From Dendrobates tinctorius (Eukaryota), in contig NW_027361768.1 of assembly GCF_039654945.1 (NCBI RefSeq), forward strand, positions 5,704,001 through 5,768,000: a stretch of DNA of 64,000 nt, read 5' to 3'. The translations under genes were made by a program, and so were the position numbers. Shown here piece by piece: positions 49,412 to 61,042 of the stretch. The stretch's first letter is position 1. Every line of letters starts with the position of its first letter. The notes beneath the pieces were generated by a model that saw only the letters and a list, made by a program, of their open reading frames with translations, was not told the origin of the DNA and ran no database searches.

Positions 49412-51220
49412 TAATAAAATACATACATAAAAATATCCAAAAATTGTAAACTTTATACAAAATATATACACATAGTATCCAGAGAGCATGGAATATAAGC
49501 ACTAGAATTATTTAGAAAGATGTGGAGACATCAAACACGTGAAACTGAGAGATAACGCGGTAGATAAGAAACATGAAGGAGCGTGGTCATACCCTTTTCA
49601 ATTGAATGTAGGGTCTGTTTTCACCAAATCGATAGTGTCACTGCTAGGCATAAATGAGTTGATAGCATATTCTGTAAGTAGGGATAGATGAACATATCGT
49701 TAGGGTGACAAATAAAGAAAAAAAATAAAAAAATAAATAAAAAATAAAGAGTAAAAAATCAAGTACTGAACTGGGTGTCTGGAGGACAGATGGATAAAAC
49801 AGATTAACCAGCATAAGTGGCGTAGCTAGGTGTATACAAAAAAGACAGTGAGGGACTGTAAAAATATGCCCAGGTATCTAGCTGTCCAGACAAAAGCTGT
49901 ATTCTATTTAGGGAAAACAAAGAAATATACCAAAGTTGCCGCTAAATCCTGTTCCTTGAAGAGGTGGTGGACTGGTAAATATGCCACTGCTAAACAAAGA
50001 AAAAGGGGGTACATTAGAGATGTGGCAGGATTGGTGGTCCTGGATTGGGACCATACAAAAGTTGGTGATGCAGCGGTGGTCCTGGGTAGGGACCATGGTA
50101 AGGTTGGTGGTACAGCAGTGGTCCCAATGGGACAGTACTTACTATTATTGGTGGCTCAGTGGAGTGTGAAGTCTGCACAATGGTGCCAGAGCAGTGAGTG
50201 AGCGCTGGATCACAGGCTGTGCTGTGCTTTTTATCCTGTCTGGTCCGGTCATGTGACCGGAAGTGACATCAGACGCCGGGGCGTGTGCATTGGAGCACGG
50301 CCGTAGTGTCTCACAGTGATCCCCACCAAAAAGATGGCGCTGGCTGTTCACACATGCGCAGTAGAGCGCAATCAAAGAAAACCTAATGAGGCCATGCAGA
50401 GACTGCTGTAGCTCTGAGTGGGACACACGCATCAGGGGGGGAGGTGCAGTGTGCTATATATAAAGAGACTGGGCAATTAACATATGGAAACAAATATAAA
50501 CGAACAGTATTATTGCAAATCATGCATGTAAATATACAGCATTTGAATTGCGTAGGAGTCCAAACTTAAACAAACATAAAAAATAAAAGAAATGAAAAGA
50601 GTGATGTCAGACCTAGGGGAGAGAATGGAGAAGGTTATGAACTCAAATCAAATGAATTATGAAGATTAGAAAGAAGGAAAAATAATAAAGGGAAAAATAA
50701 AGATATAAAATGAGAATAGTAGAAAATAAAAAATAAAAATAAACAAAAAATAAAAAATAAAAAGTAAAAAATAAAAAATAAAAAATAAGAAAATAAAAAA
50801 TAAAGAGAAAAAGGAACAAGGGGGGAAAAAAAAGAAAAGAAGAAAAAAAGGAAAAAAAAGGGGGGGAAAAAAAACCTGCAAGGAACAAAATATAAGGGGA
50901 AAAAATTTTTTATGAAAAGTAAATAAAAAGACCAAATTTGTAAAGAAAAGGTGAAAATAAATTGTACGGCAAAATGCCTTCAAACAGAGGAAGGGAAAAA
51001 AAAGGGGGGGGGTTGTGGAAAACTTTTTTGCAAACTTGAAAAAGAAAAAGAAAAAACAAACAAAAACAAAAAAGAAAAAGAAAAAACAAAAAACAAAAAC
51101 ACATTATGTTTCATTATCTTACCGCTTGGGTTAGATGTAAAAAGGGGAGACTCAAGAAGGCAACCAATCAATGGGTCTAGGGAAAGAGGAAGAGAAAAAA
51201 AGGAATTTTTATAAAAATTA

Positions 51221-51475
51221 TTAGATTAGCCAATCGATTTCTCGATTGAGACCCCTCGGATGTAAGGTGTCTAGTGTGTGGATCCAGAATGTCTCCCGTT
51301 GCTTTAAAAGGCGAACATGGTTCCCACCTCTTTTGGGTCTAGGGACTTTTTCAATAATTTGGAACCGTAGTTGTGATACGTTGTGTCGGGCTTCCTTGAA
51401 ATGGGCAGGAAGTGGGAGCCATGTTTTCCCGCATCTAATCGTAGACTTGTGACTGGATATTCTGTCCCTGATTGC
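51221..51475 (-). pseudogene. GIY-YIG endonuclease C-terminal half (PLE 2)
   Basis: IRDRISSHKSTIR...HF...H...LRFQIIE...RETFWIHTLDTLHPRGLN. Confidence 0.88.
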
Positions 51476-51952
51476 CTGGACAGCTAGATACCTGGGCATA
51501 TTTTTACAGTCCCTCACTGTCTTTTTTGTATACAACTAGCTACGCCACTTATGCTGGTTAATCTGTTTTATCCATCTGTCCTCCAGACACCCAGTTCAGT
51601 ACTTGATTTTTTACTCTTTATTTTTTATTTTTTTATTTTTTTTCTTTATTTATGTCACCCTAACGATATGTTCATCTATCCCTACTTACAGAATATGCTA
51701 TCAACTCATTTATGCCTAGCAGTGACACTATCGATTTGGTGAAAACAGACCCTACATTCAATTGAAAAGGGTATGACCACGCTCCTTCATGTTTCTTATC
51801 TACCGCGTTATCTCTCAGTTTCACGTGTTTGATGTCTCCACATCTTTCTAAATAATTCTAGTGCTTATATTCCATGCTCTCTGGATACTATGTGTATATA
51901 TTTTGTATAAAGTTTACAATTTTTTGATATTTTTATGTATGTATTTTATTAC

Positions 51953-52003
51953 AGCGACTTTGTGATAAAGGCCGATGTGGCCGAAACGTCGTTTGATGTC
52001 GCT
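51953..52003 (+). ncRNA. Hammerhead-like motif of PLE 2, inverted copy
   Basis: agcgactttgtgataaaggccgatgtggccgaaacgtcgtttgatgtcgct. Confidence 0.55.
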
Positions 52004-52289
52004 TCCTCACTGTCAAGCAATAAATTTACTTCACATTAAGTACAATCAGCGTGTGCAGTGACTATGCATTGTTTAGGCTGTAAAGTAAGGCAAAGAAAGC
52101 CTCCAATAAATGGTACACCTCCCATAAAAACAAGGAATGTAAAGCCTCATTCATTACCAATAGAGCGCCCCATAGCAATATACTGAAGGTCAAACAGCCA
52201 TATAGTCCTGCTCTATATTATTTATCCATAATCACTGAGGGACAAGTAGCAAGCCCTTGATAAAGGAGGAAAGGAGGAAGAGTAAATCC

Positions 52290-54863
52290 TCTTAAGAGCG
52301 TTTGACCTTGGGATTATTAGTAAGAAAGTGTTGGAGGGACTAATTGTTTCTTTTCCAAAGGTACCAACATTTTATCTACTTCCTAAAGTCCACAAAGACT
52401 CCGTCAACCCCCCAGGATGTCCGATTGTCTCAGGAATTGATGGGTTATGTGATCCCATTTGCAAATTTATAGATCACTATCTCAAGGGACTGGTGGAGAC
52501 CCTGCCGTCCTTTGTGAAAGACACAATGGACATCCTAGCTAGGGTTGACAGAGTCTGTTTTGATGCAGGAACACTTATGGTCACCGCCGACGTAGAGGCA
52601 TTGTATACCTGCATCAAACATGAAGACGGTATACGGGCAGCATTATAATTGTGTTTTCTGTGTTTTTCACAGTTTATTCCAGCAATACTTCTATGGATTT
52701 TAGAGCCCGCGACGGTGCATGGCGCTCCCAATTAGATAATGTATTTAAAGACACCAATGATATGAATGTGGAGGAAAATAATAAAGATTTGCAGGAGGTG
52801 ATCCTCAATTTTAAGGATCTCCTCAGAAAAAGAACGAAAATATTGTGGAATCACGCTTTTCTTGACAGATATCTGCAGAAGGGGTTAATACCTAGGGGTT
52901 TAAGGGTTCAGGTTTTTCCCTCATTCCCGGTTGAAAGTCTCGAAACTAAGGAAAATTGGGAGGGACATGCTAATACCTGTTCCTATGGCTTCACGGAGAT
53001 ACTTAAAGGCATGAATGCAGAATCCCTCAAGAAAATTGAAGGAGAGATTGAAACCCTTCAAAGTTTGATTAAGAAGGACATGTCTAATGAGGCTTTAAAG
53101 AAATGTAATTCTGAGATTGAGGACTTAACACAAACATGGGCTGACGAAATACAGCAGATTAAGTCCAAAAAATTCCAATGTGATGTGAATGACAAACAAC
53201 AAAACAAGATGTACAGATGGAGACATTAAAGTCCACAAAGACTCCGTCAACCCCCCGGGGCGTCCGATTGTCTCAGGGATTTATGGGTTATGTGATCCCA
53301 TTTGCAAATTTATAGATCACTATCTCAAGGGACTGGTGGAGACCCTGCCGTCCTTTGTGAAAGACACAACGGACGTCCTAGCTAGGGTTGACGGAGTCTG
53401 TTGTGATGCAGGAACACTTCTGGTCACCGCCGACTTAGAGGCATTGTATACCTGCATCAAACATGAAGACGGTATACTGGCAGCACGCTTTTTTCTTGAG
53501 GCCTCCGACCTGGACGGCCCTCTATGTGAACTAGTCCTTGAACTGCTGCACTTTGTCCTAACACACAATTTTTTTGTTTTTAAAGATGATTTTTACCAGC
53601 AGAAACGTGGCGCGGCCATGGGGGCGGCCTGTGCACCAACGCCAACCTCTTCTTGGGGTATTGGGAGAGGTTGGTGTTTGGGGATGCGGGTGTGGAGGCC
53701 ACTGACCATGTGCTGCACTGGCTACGTTATATTGATGATATTTTGTTATTTTGGGGAGGGACGGTGCAGCAGTTGGAGGACTTTATGGCTATTTAAACAC
53801 CAATTCTTTTAATATACATCTTACATATAAGTATGATGTTGCTAAAATTTATTTTCTGGACATCAGTCTGGAGGTGGACTCTTCGTTTTTGGTCCAGACT
53901 GATGTTTTCTGCAAGACAACATCTGTTAATTCATTATTATATGCAAAATCTGCACATAGCCATGCCACGGTGAGGGCCGTCCCAGTCGGACAGTTTCTGA
54001 GGATACGGCGCATCTGCTCCACTGACCAAAAATTTGAAAGGCAAGCTTTGGATATGAGGGAGAGATTTATACAACGCGGCTATAGTAAGAGAACCATTAA
54101 GAATTGGTATAATAGGGCAAAATCCACAACACGTGACCAGCTGTTGTATTCTAAAAAAAGGCCAAAGAAGGAAGATGGAACTGTACGTTTTATTTCTGAG
54201 TACAATCATGAATGGGATAACATGAGGGACATTCTCCAGAGATATTGGCCTATTCTTTATACTGAGCCCTCCCTGAAATCTTTCTTAACCGTCCGACCAC
54301 AGATGACACCTCGGAGGTCCAAAAGTTTAAAAGATATACTCACTAAAAGTCACTATGTGCCACCTAAAGAAAGTCTTTTTGGACATACGAGGCATGTGAG
54401 GGGATGTTTTAAATGTGGGCATTGTTTGGCATGCAACAATATCCTCTGCACTGCCTCATTTTCCTCTGCTGATGGCTCAAAAAGCTATACGATCAATGAG
54501 TAGATCTCTTGTAACAGTGTCAACGTTATTTATTACGCCACATGCGGGTGTTCTTTGATATATATAGGCCTAACTTCAAGGGAACTGCGAGTGCGTGTTA
54601 GGGAGCACGTCAGAGACATCGTAGCGGCAAAAAAAGTTGAGAATGATTTGGACCTCAAAACGATCCCCCGACATTTTCGAGCAGTACATAATTGTGACCC
54701 ATCTGGGTTTTTGGTAAGGGGGATTGAGATTGTACATATGGGGATAAGAGGTGGTAATATAAAAAGACTGCTCGCGCAGTGAGAATTAAAATGGATTGTG
54801 TTGTTGGGTACTATGAAACCTGCTGGCCTGAACGATTCTCTTAATTTTGGCCCCTTCCTGTAA
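52290..54863 (+). pseudogene. PLE 1 ORF (RT, Cys-rich linker, GIY-YIG), rearranged and disrupted
   Basis: LPKVHK..PPGRPIVSG, ADVEALYT, GAAMGA, RYIDD, CFKCGHCLAC, YIGLTSREL..R..EH, PAGLND. The N-terminal LIPRGLRV domain is displaced to 52651-53226. Confidence 0.9.
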
Positions 54864-55794
54864 TGTTCTGTGGCATAATTTGTTTAAATCCAATGCTTTT
54901 AATGTTTTTAGTTGTGTGTGTGGAGTTATTTGTTTTCACGTTTTTAACTATTTTGTGTGCTTTCTTTTTTATTTAGTTTTTTGTCATTTATGTCTTCATT
55001 CGTGAGCAAAATTATATGGCACTATGAGATGACGTATTCTTGAGCAGGATTAAAACAACTGGAGACCACTGGAAATGACCATTTCGACACATTAATTTGA
55101 GATTATTATGATACACTCATTGTGTGGATTGGAAATTATCGGCAAAAACCCTTACAACTTGTCAATGAGACTGTGGTAGCACCTGCATTAGAGATAACAG
55201 CAATGAATTATTATGATATGTTTTGGTGTCTGAGTTATGACACATATATATAGTACTGACTGGGGACTATTCGAAATAATTATTATAAATTGTTAAGGGG
55301 ATTTCGTTATGACCAACCTTCTGTATGGACCACAGATTACTGAAATGATTGTTATAATGTGTCTGTGGGATCCAACTATTATCCATCTGTTGTATATTCT
55401 GGAGGTCATCTCTAATTATTATTAGAATATGTTTGTATAGTCTTGCCATGATCTGTTCATCTCATTTTTCTGTATGCACTACTGCTTTGTATTCTTTATG
55501 GACCGGGTATCGTCATTATGTTTCTGTGCCCGGCGCTGCTGTGGTGCGCCTGCGTCGCTCGCCCGGCTTCCTCTGGCCTGGATCATCCGGTACGGCCCGG
55601 GCTGGCATGTGACTGGGGATATTTTGTCCCCGCTCGCCTGCCGGCAGGGCGCCGCCGGGTTGTCGGGGCTTGTGGACGCCGGGGACCGGCGCATGAGCCG
55701 ATTATACACAAGCGCTACAAGTATGGGCCAGCTGATGGTCACATGACCTTTCATCATGAGGATATAAGGTCCTGTGCACTGACTTACCACACTT

Positions 55795-55838
55795 CCCCTG
55801 GATAAAGCTACCTGTGAGTAGCGAAATGCGCGTCGGGG
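55795..55838 (+). ncRNA. Hammerhead-like motif of PLE 1 (variant core)
   Basis: CCCC UGGAUAAA GCUAC-cuguga-GUAGC GAAA UGCGCG UC GGGG: stem I, 5-bp stem II, GAAA, palindromic stem III, GUC. Confidence 0.65.
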
Positions 55839-56857
55839 TGTCCCGGGTAGACGCCGCTGTGCTGTCTATGTGAGTATTTACTCTTCCTCCTTTCCTCCTT
55901 TATCAAGGGCTTGCTACTTGTCCCTTGGTGATTATGGATAAATAATATAGAGCAGGACTATATGGCTGTTTGACCTTCAGTATATTGCTATGGGGCGCTC
56001 TATTGGTAATGAATGAGGCTTTACATCCCTTGTTTTTATGGGAGGTGTACCATTTAGGGGAGGCTTTCTTTGCCTTACTTTACAGCCTGGCGGTTTATAT
56101 TCCAGTCTTTTTGGTGTCTATTTCTATGCATTATCTATTTTTGTAATGTCCTTTTATCTTTGTATACAACAATAAAGATTGTTCATGCTTTTATCTTAAA
56201 AACTCCTGTTGTTCTCTTGCTTTTCCAGATGTTGAACAATACAGGGCCCAGGACAGAGCCCTGTGGTACCCCACTTGAGACATTCTTCCAACTGGATGTG
56301 CAGCCATTTACGACCACTCTTTCGGTCCGATCACTAAGCCAGTTATGAATCCACCTAACAGTTGCCTTGTCCATTCCATACTTAATCATTTTTTCAATAA
56401 GGATTGTATTAGATACTTTGTCAAATGCTTTGCTGAAGTCAAGATATACTATATCTACAGCATTTCCTTGATCCACCCAATCAGTGATTCCGTCATAGAA
56501 GGAAATTAAGTTAGTCTGACATGACTTATTAGTTACAAACCCATGCTGACTCTGTTTAATCACTTCATTCTTATCCAGGTACTGACATACATGTTGTTTA
56601 ATAATTTGTTCAAAGATCTTTCCTGGTATAGAAGTCAGACTCACTGGCCTATAGTTGCCTGGGTCCACCTTCTTCCACTTTTTGAAGATAGGATCAACAT
56701 TTGCTCTTCTCCAGTCTTCTGGGATTTCTCCTGTTCTCCAAGAATTTTCAAAGATTTTGGAGAGGGGTTCAAAAATTTCTTCTGCTATCTCCTTCCGTAC
56801 TCTGGGATGCAATTCATCTGGACCTGGAGACTTGAATTCATTTAGGTTAGCTAAATA

Positions 56858-57085
56858 CATACAGTGTATTGCCCATCCATAATATTGTATGGATGGGCAA
56901 TACAATACAGATAAATTTATGACATTTCTTTTGAGGGTTATATACCACCAAATGTACCCAATAACATGTAATACTCTATGATTGAGCAATATAATTCTGA
57001 AAAAAATATGAATTTTTTTTGAAGAGTTAGATACCACAGAAATGCACACAAGGAGATGTAATACCCTATGGATGAGCTATATAAT
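56858..57085 (+). repeat. ~88-bp tandem repeat, segment 3
   Basis: Same unit as 22148-22552. Confidence 0.8.
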
Positions 57086-57364
57086 TGTCATGGCTCTCTT
57101 GTCGGGTGTCCCGGGACCAGTAGCTCCTTCCCTGTCCCTAATGCTAGGGGTGCCCTAGCTCACCCTGCCCCTGGATTACTTCTGATGATGAAGACGCCGG
57201 GGCCACATACCTTGCCTTAGCTCCTGAATACACCCTCAGTCTGTACCCTTCCCTCACCCAGGGAAAAGGGAAGTAGTAGTGCACCATAGTATACCAACCA
57301 GATTAACAATGTAATATGAACGGGGTGACAAAAAATACCAAACATATAAATATACTCACACATA

Positions 57365-58970
57365 CAGTGGGGAAAAAAAGTATTTAGTCAGTCAGCAATA
57401 GTGCAAGTTCCACCACTTAAAAAGATGAGAGGCGTCTGTAATTTATATCATAGGTAGACCTCAACTATGGGAGACAAACTGAGAAAAAAAAATCCAGAAA
57501 ATCACATTGTCTGTTTTTTTTTCATTTTATTTGCATATTATGGTGGAAAATAAGTATTTGGTCAGAAACAAGCAATCAAGGTTTCTGGCTCTCACAGACC
57601 TGTAACTTCTTCTTTAAGAGTCTCCTCTTTCCTCCACTCATTACCTGTAGTAATGGCACCTGTTTAAACTTGTTATCAGTATAAAAAGACACCTGTGCAC
57701 ACCCTCAAACAGTCTGACTCCAAACTCCACTATGGTGAAGACCAAAGAGCTGTCAAAGGACACCAGAAACAAAATTGTAGCCCTGCACCAGGCTGGGAAG
57801 ACTGAATCTGCAATAGCCAACCAGCTTGGAGTGAAGAAATCAACTGTGGGAGCAATAATTAGAAAATGGAAGACATACAAGACCACTGATAATCTCCCTC
57901 GATCTGGTGCTCCACGCAAAATCCCACCCCGTGGGGTCAGAATGATCACAAGAACGGTGAGCAAAAATCCCAGAACCACGCGGGGGGACCTAGTGAATGA
58001 ACTGCAGAGAGCTGGGACCAATGTAACAAGGCCTACCATAAGTAACACACTACGCCACCATGGACTCAGATCCTGCAGTGCCAGACGTGTCCCACTGCTT
58101 AAGCCTGTACATGTCCGGGCCCGTCTGAAGTTTGCTAGAGAGCATTTGGATGATCCAGAGGAGTTTTGGGAGAATGTCCTATGGTCTGATGAAAACAAAC
58201 TGGAACTGTTTGGTAGAAACACAACTTGTCGTGTTTGGAGGAAAAAGAATATTGAGTTGCATCCATCAAACACCATACCTACTGTAAAGCATGGTGGTGG
58301 AAACATCATGCTTTGGGGCTGTTTCTCTGCAAAGGGGCCAGGACGACTGATCCGGGTACATGAAAGAATGAATGGGGCCATGTATCGTGAGATTTTGAGT
58401 GCAAACCTCCTTCCATCAGCAAGGGCATTGAAGATGAAACGTGGCTGGGTCTTTCAACATGACAATGATCCAAAGCACACCGCCAGGGCAACGAAGGAGT
58501 GGCTTCGTAAGAAGCATTTCAAGGTCCTGGAGTGGCCTAGCCAGTCTCCAGATCTCAACCCTATAGAAAACCTTTGGAGGGAGTTGAAAGTCCGCGTTGC
58601 CAAGCGAAAAGCCAAAAACATCACTGCTCTAGAGGAGATCTGCATGGAGGAATGGGCCAACATACCAACAACAGTGTGTGGCAACCTTGTGAAGACTTAC
58701 AGAAAACGTTTGACCTCTGTCATTGCCAACAAACGATATATCACAAAGTATTGAGATGAAATTTTGTTTCTGACCAAATACTTATTTTCCACCATAATAT
58801 GCAAATAAAATGAAAAAAAAACAGACAATGTGATTTTCTGGATTTTTTTTTCTCAGTTTGTCTCCCATAGTTGAGGTCTACCTATGATGTAAATTACAGA
58901 CGCCTCTCAACTTTTTAAGTGGTGGAACTTGCACTATTGCTGACTGACTAAATACTTTTTTTCCCCACTG
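57365..58970 (+). mobile_element. Intact Tc1-family transposon (1606 bp, IR/DR type)
   Basis: TA TSD; ~205-bp near-perfect TIRs starting cagtggggaaaaaaagtatttagtcag, with an inner direct repeat. Confidence 0.97.
57732..58754 (+). CDS. Tc1 transposase, 340 aa, DD34E
   Basis: Paired-like [29 protein letters not shown] with exactly 34 residues between the second D and E; no stops. Confidence 0.97.
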   Translation: MVKTKELSKDTRNKIVALHQAGKTESAIANQLGVKKSTVGAIIRKWKTYKTTDNLPRSGAPRKIPPRGVRMITRTVSKNPRTTRGDLVNELQRAGTNVTRPTISNTLRHHGLRSCSARRVPLLKPVHVRARLKFAREHLDDPEEFWENVLWSDENKLELFGRNTTCRVWRKKNIELHPSNTIPTVKHGGGNIMLWGCFSAKGPGRLIRVHERMNGAMYREILSANLLPSARALKMKRGWVFQHDNDPKHTARATKEWLRKKHFKVLEWPSQSPDLNPIENLWRELKVRVAKRKAKNITALEEICMEEWANIPTTVCGNLVKTYRKRLTSVIANKRYITKY

Positions 58971-59377
58971 TATAACAGAGGAATGCTCTGGGAGTGGAAG
59001 ATGGGGTTAAACCAAAGCTGAAGAAGTAAGGGAATTATCACACACTGAAAACCTAGAAACAGTCACAGATCATTCCACCAAATGCCTTCTCCAATAATAA
59101 CCAACAACAATCTCCAGCCATACAGCATAAGCTTGCTCTGACAATGTATGGAAGCCAGGACTCCGTTTATATAGGAGGTGGGAGTGAACAGCTGAAAGAC
59201 TTAATGCTTTAGGAGCTCTCAACTGAGCACATTAACCTCTGCACTGCTAAAAGAAATTTACACCATTTAATATGAAGATAAAGTGCTTTTAATCAGTGAA
59301 AGAGTAGGAGAAATCAGACTCTGAGGTCTTCTGGTTCCTCTCTGTCGCGGTAAATCCACGACAGTACCCCTCCTTCT

Positions 59378-61042
59378 ATGATGGACCTCCGGAACCTCAG
59401 AAATGGGTTTATCAGGGTGTGTCACGTGAAAAGACCAGATCAGCCTGGCCACATGAATGTCAGATGCTAAGTACCCACATCCTCTCTTCAGGAACATATC
59501 CCTTCTAGTGTACCAGATACTGAAGCGACCGACGAACTAAGCAAGTGGGTCGCCCTCCCAGGGCCGTTGGGTACTCGGTACCGGGCCGGTATCCGCGGGA
59601 TGTGTCACAGCAGCGGTGACCCGGACCTTGGCCCTGGGCGCTCAAGTAATTGGGGGAATTGATCTGGTGGTGGAATGTAGTTAGATGAATAGTTTGTGAC
59701 GCCACCTGTGGTGTTCGGCAAGTGAGGTGTTAGTCCGACACTGCATGCAGATCCTCTGGGACTGATGGTGTGTTGCAGCCAAGATGGTGAAGCTCCCCAC
59801 AGGTGGAGCTGTAGTCCTAGGGCAGTGTAGATGTGGAATTAGAGGAGAGGCACCAGCGATGTAGAAGCTGGTACCCAGATGTAGCGGTGTTGGCGCAAGA
59901 ATGAATGGAGGACACTAGGGCTTGTAGTTCCAAGCTTTACTCAGTCTGTAGTACATACAGGTGCCTGCCTCCGTGCCGTGTCCTCCGGGTCAGGGACTCA
60001 GCCAACCTCCAGGCAAGATGGAATGCTCCCTTCCAACGCTCCGCCAACATGTGCCTTTCTGAACGTCTCCTCTATAGTGCCTTTAAGTGTGAAGTACTCC
60101 CAGTACTGAGTTACACTGGAGTGCATCCTGACAGATGTTCCCAAGAACTCTACTTGTACGGCAGACAGCTGTAGCCTGCTTCGGGGACTCCTTACTCCTG
60201 AGTCCCGGCTCACTATCCGAGTTGCTGTTGTGCCCCCAAGTCTTAGATGGGAGTAGTGCATTAACAGCCCACTACTCCACCAGTGTCTACTGCAGAACCA
60301 TTAGTGTCCATACAACCTCGGGGACCGGGCCCCGGCCATGCGCTTAGAACTTCTAGGCAGGGTTCGTCCTCTAACCCACATCCTCTCTGTTCCCTTTTAC
60401 TCCTACGTTCCGTACTATTCTTTCCTTCTTATGGAAGATCAGGTTTCAGTTCAATGTCTTTCTCCTTTCCTTTCCCATGCCAGCAGACCCGGGTCACTCA
60501 GGTCTGCTGCAGCACCTCCTTCCTCCATCACTCTCTCAGGGATCTTCTTTCCTCACTCCTCTCTGAGTGGCTTTCTCTCTCAGACTGACCTTTAATCCTA
60601 AGCCTTCCAGCTCTTTCATGTATTCTCAACTCCACCCGCCTCCCAGCACGTTTAGTGTTCCAAGCAGGGAACCACCAAAGGTGCTTTGCTACTCTCGAAG
60701 CAAAGAGCCGCAATGTGACTTTGCTGAACTACTCTGTTGTGTGGCGTGCGAGTGTTGGAGCGTGGTCAGGAGCCTCCAACTAACCTGGATGGTGGGGCAC
60801 CACACCTCAGGAGGAGGTGCAGTACCTCTGTGGCGACAGAGCCTCAGGGGCGCCACACAAGAAAGTGAGTAGAAAAGCAAAGTGGAATGCTATGGGATTA
60901 ATAACGGACACAATCTTATAAGGACTCATAAGCCTGGGACCAAGTTTCCAAGAGAGAACCTTCAACTTATTGTTCCTTGAGGACAACTGCACCAAGCCAT
61001 GAACACACAGGTCCAGGCCCACCAAACATCTCCAATCAGCCA
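59378..61042 (-). pseudogene. pol: Gypsy D integrase C-terminus/chromodomain remnant, split by a solo LTR
   Basis: LSSRNNKLKVLSWKLGPRLMSPYKI (60862-61040); LVRRSLQYLVH*KGYVPEERMWV (59378-59545). Confidence 0.8.
59546..60857 (-). mobile_element. Solo LTR (1312 bp) related to the cold-shock-element LTR
   Basis: TSD caag (59542-59545 / 60858-60861). Shares gggccg..ggtactcggt, gggatgtgtcac, gacgccacctgtggt and caccacacctc..aggtgcagta..ggggcgccaca with 3023-4171. Confidence 0.9.

Larger units (their letters stand above)
49201..52074 (-). mobile_element. Penelope-like element 2, 5'-truncated, nested in element 1
   Basis: 14-bp TSD aggctgtaaagtaa (49187-49200 / 52075-52088); ~600-bp inverted repeat 49289-49889 / 51476-52074; GIY-YIG remnant; U-rich 3' UTR (50650-51220). 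Confidence 0.9.
48962..56226 (+). mobile_element. Penelope-like element 1 (Neptune-type) with inverted 3'-end copy at its 5' junction
   Basis: 14-bp TSD agatgttgaacaat (48948-48961 / 56227-56240); 49049-49200 + 52089-52287 is the reverse complement of ~55875-56226. Confidence 0.9.
48047..56857 (-). mobile_element. 5'-truncated CR1 LINE (48047-48961 + 56241-56857) split by a Penelope element
   Basis: [44 protein letters not shown]|FIND, KFADDTKL; 3' end ggtcccttccaactctacgattctatg. Confidence 0.95.
57086..59363 (-). mobile_element. 3' LTR of Gypsy D, interrupted by Tc1
   Basis: TGTCATGG...CCACGACA termini; PPT agaaggaggggtac on the minus strand at 59364-59377. Confidence 0.8.

Noticed and set aside
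50643-51214. Phe-rich / Lys-rich ORFs
   Set aside because: Low-complexity A-rich tract (PLE 3' UTR).
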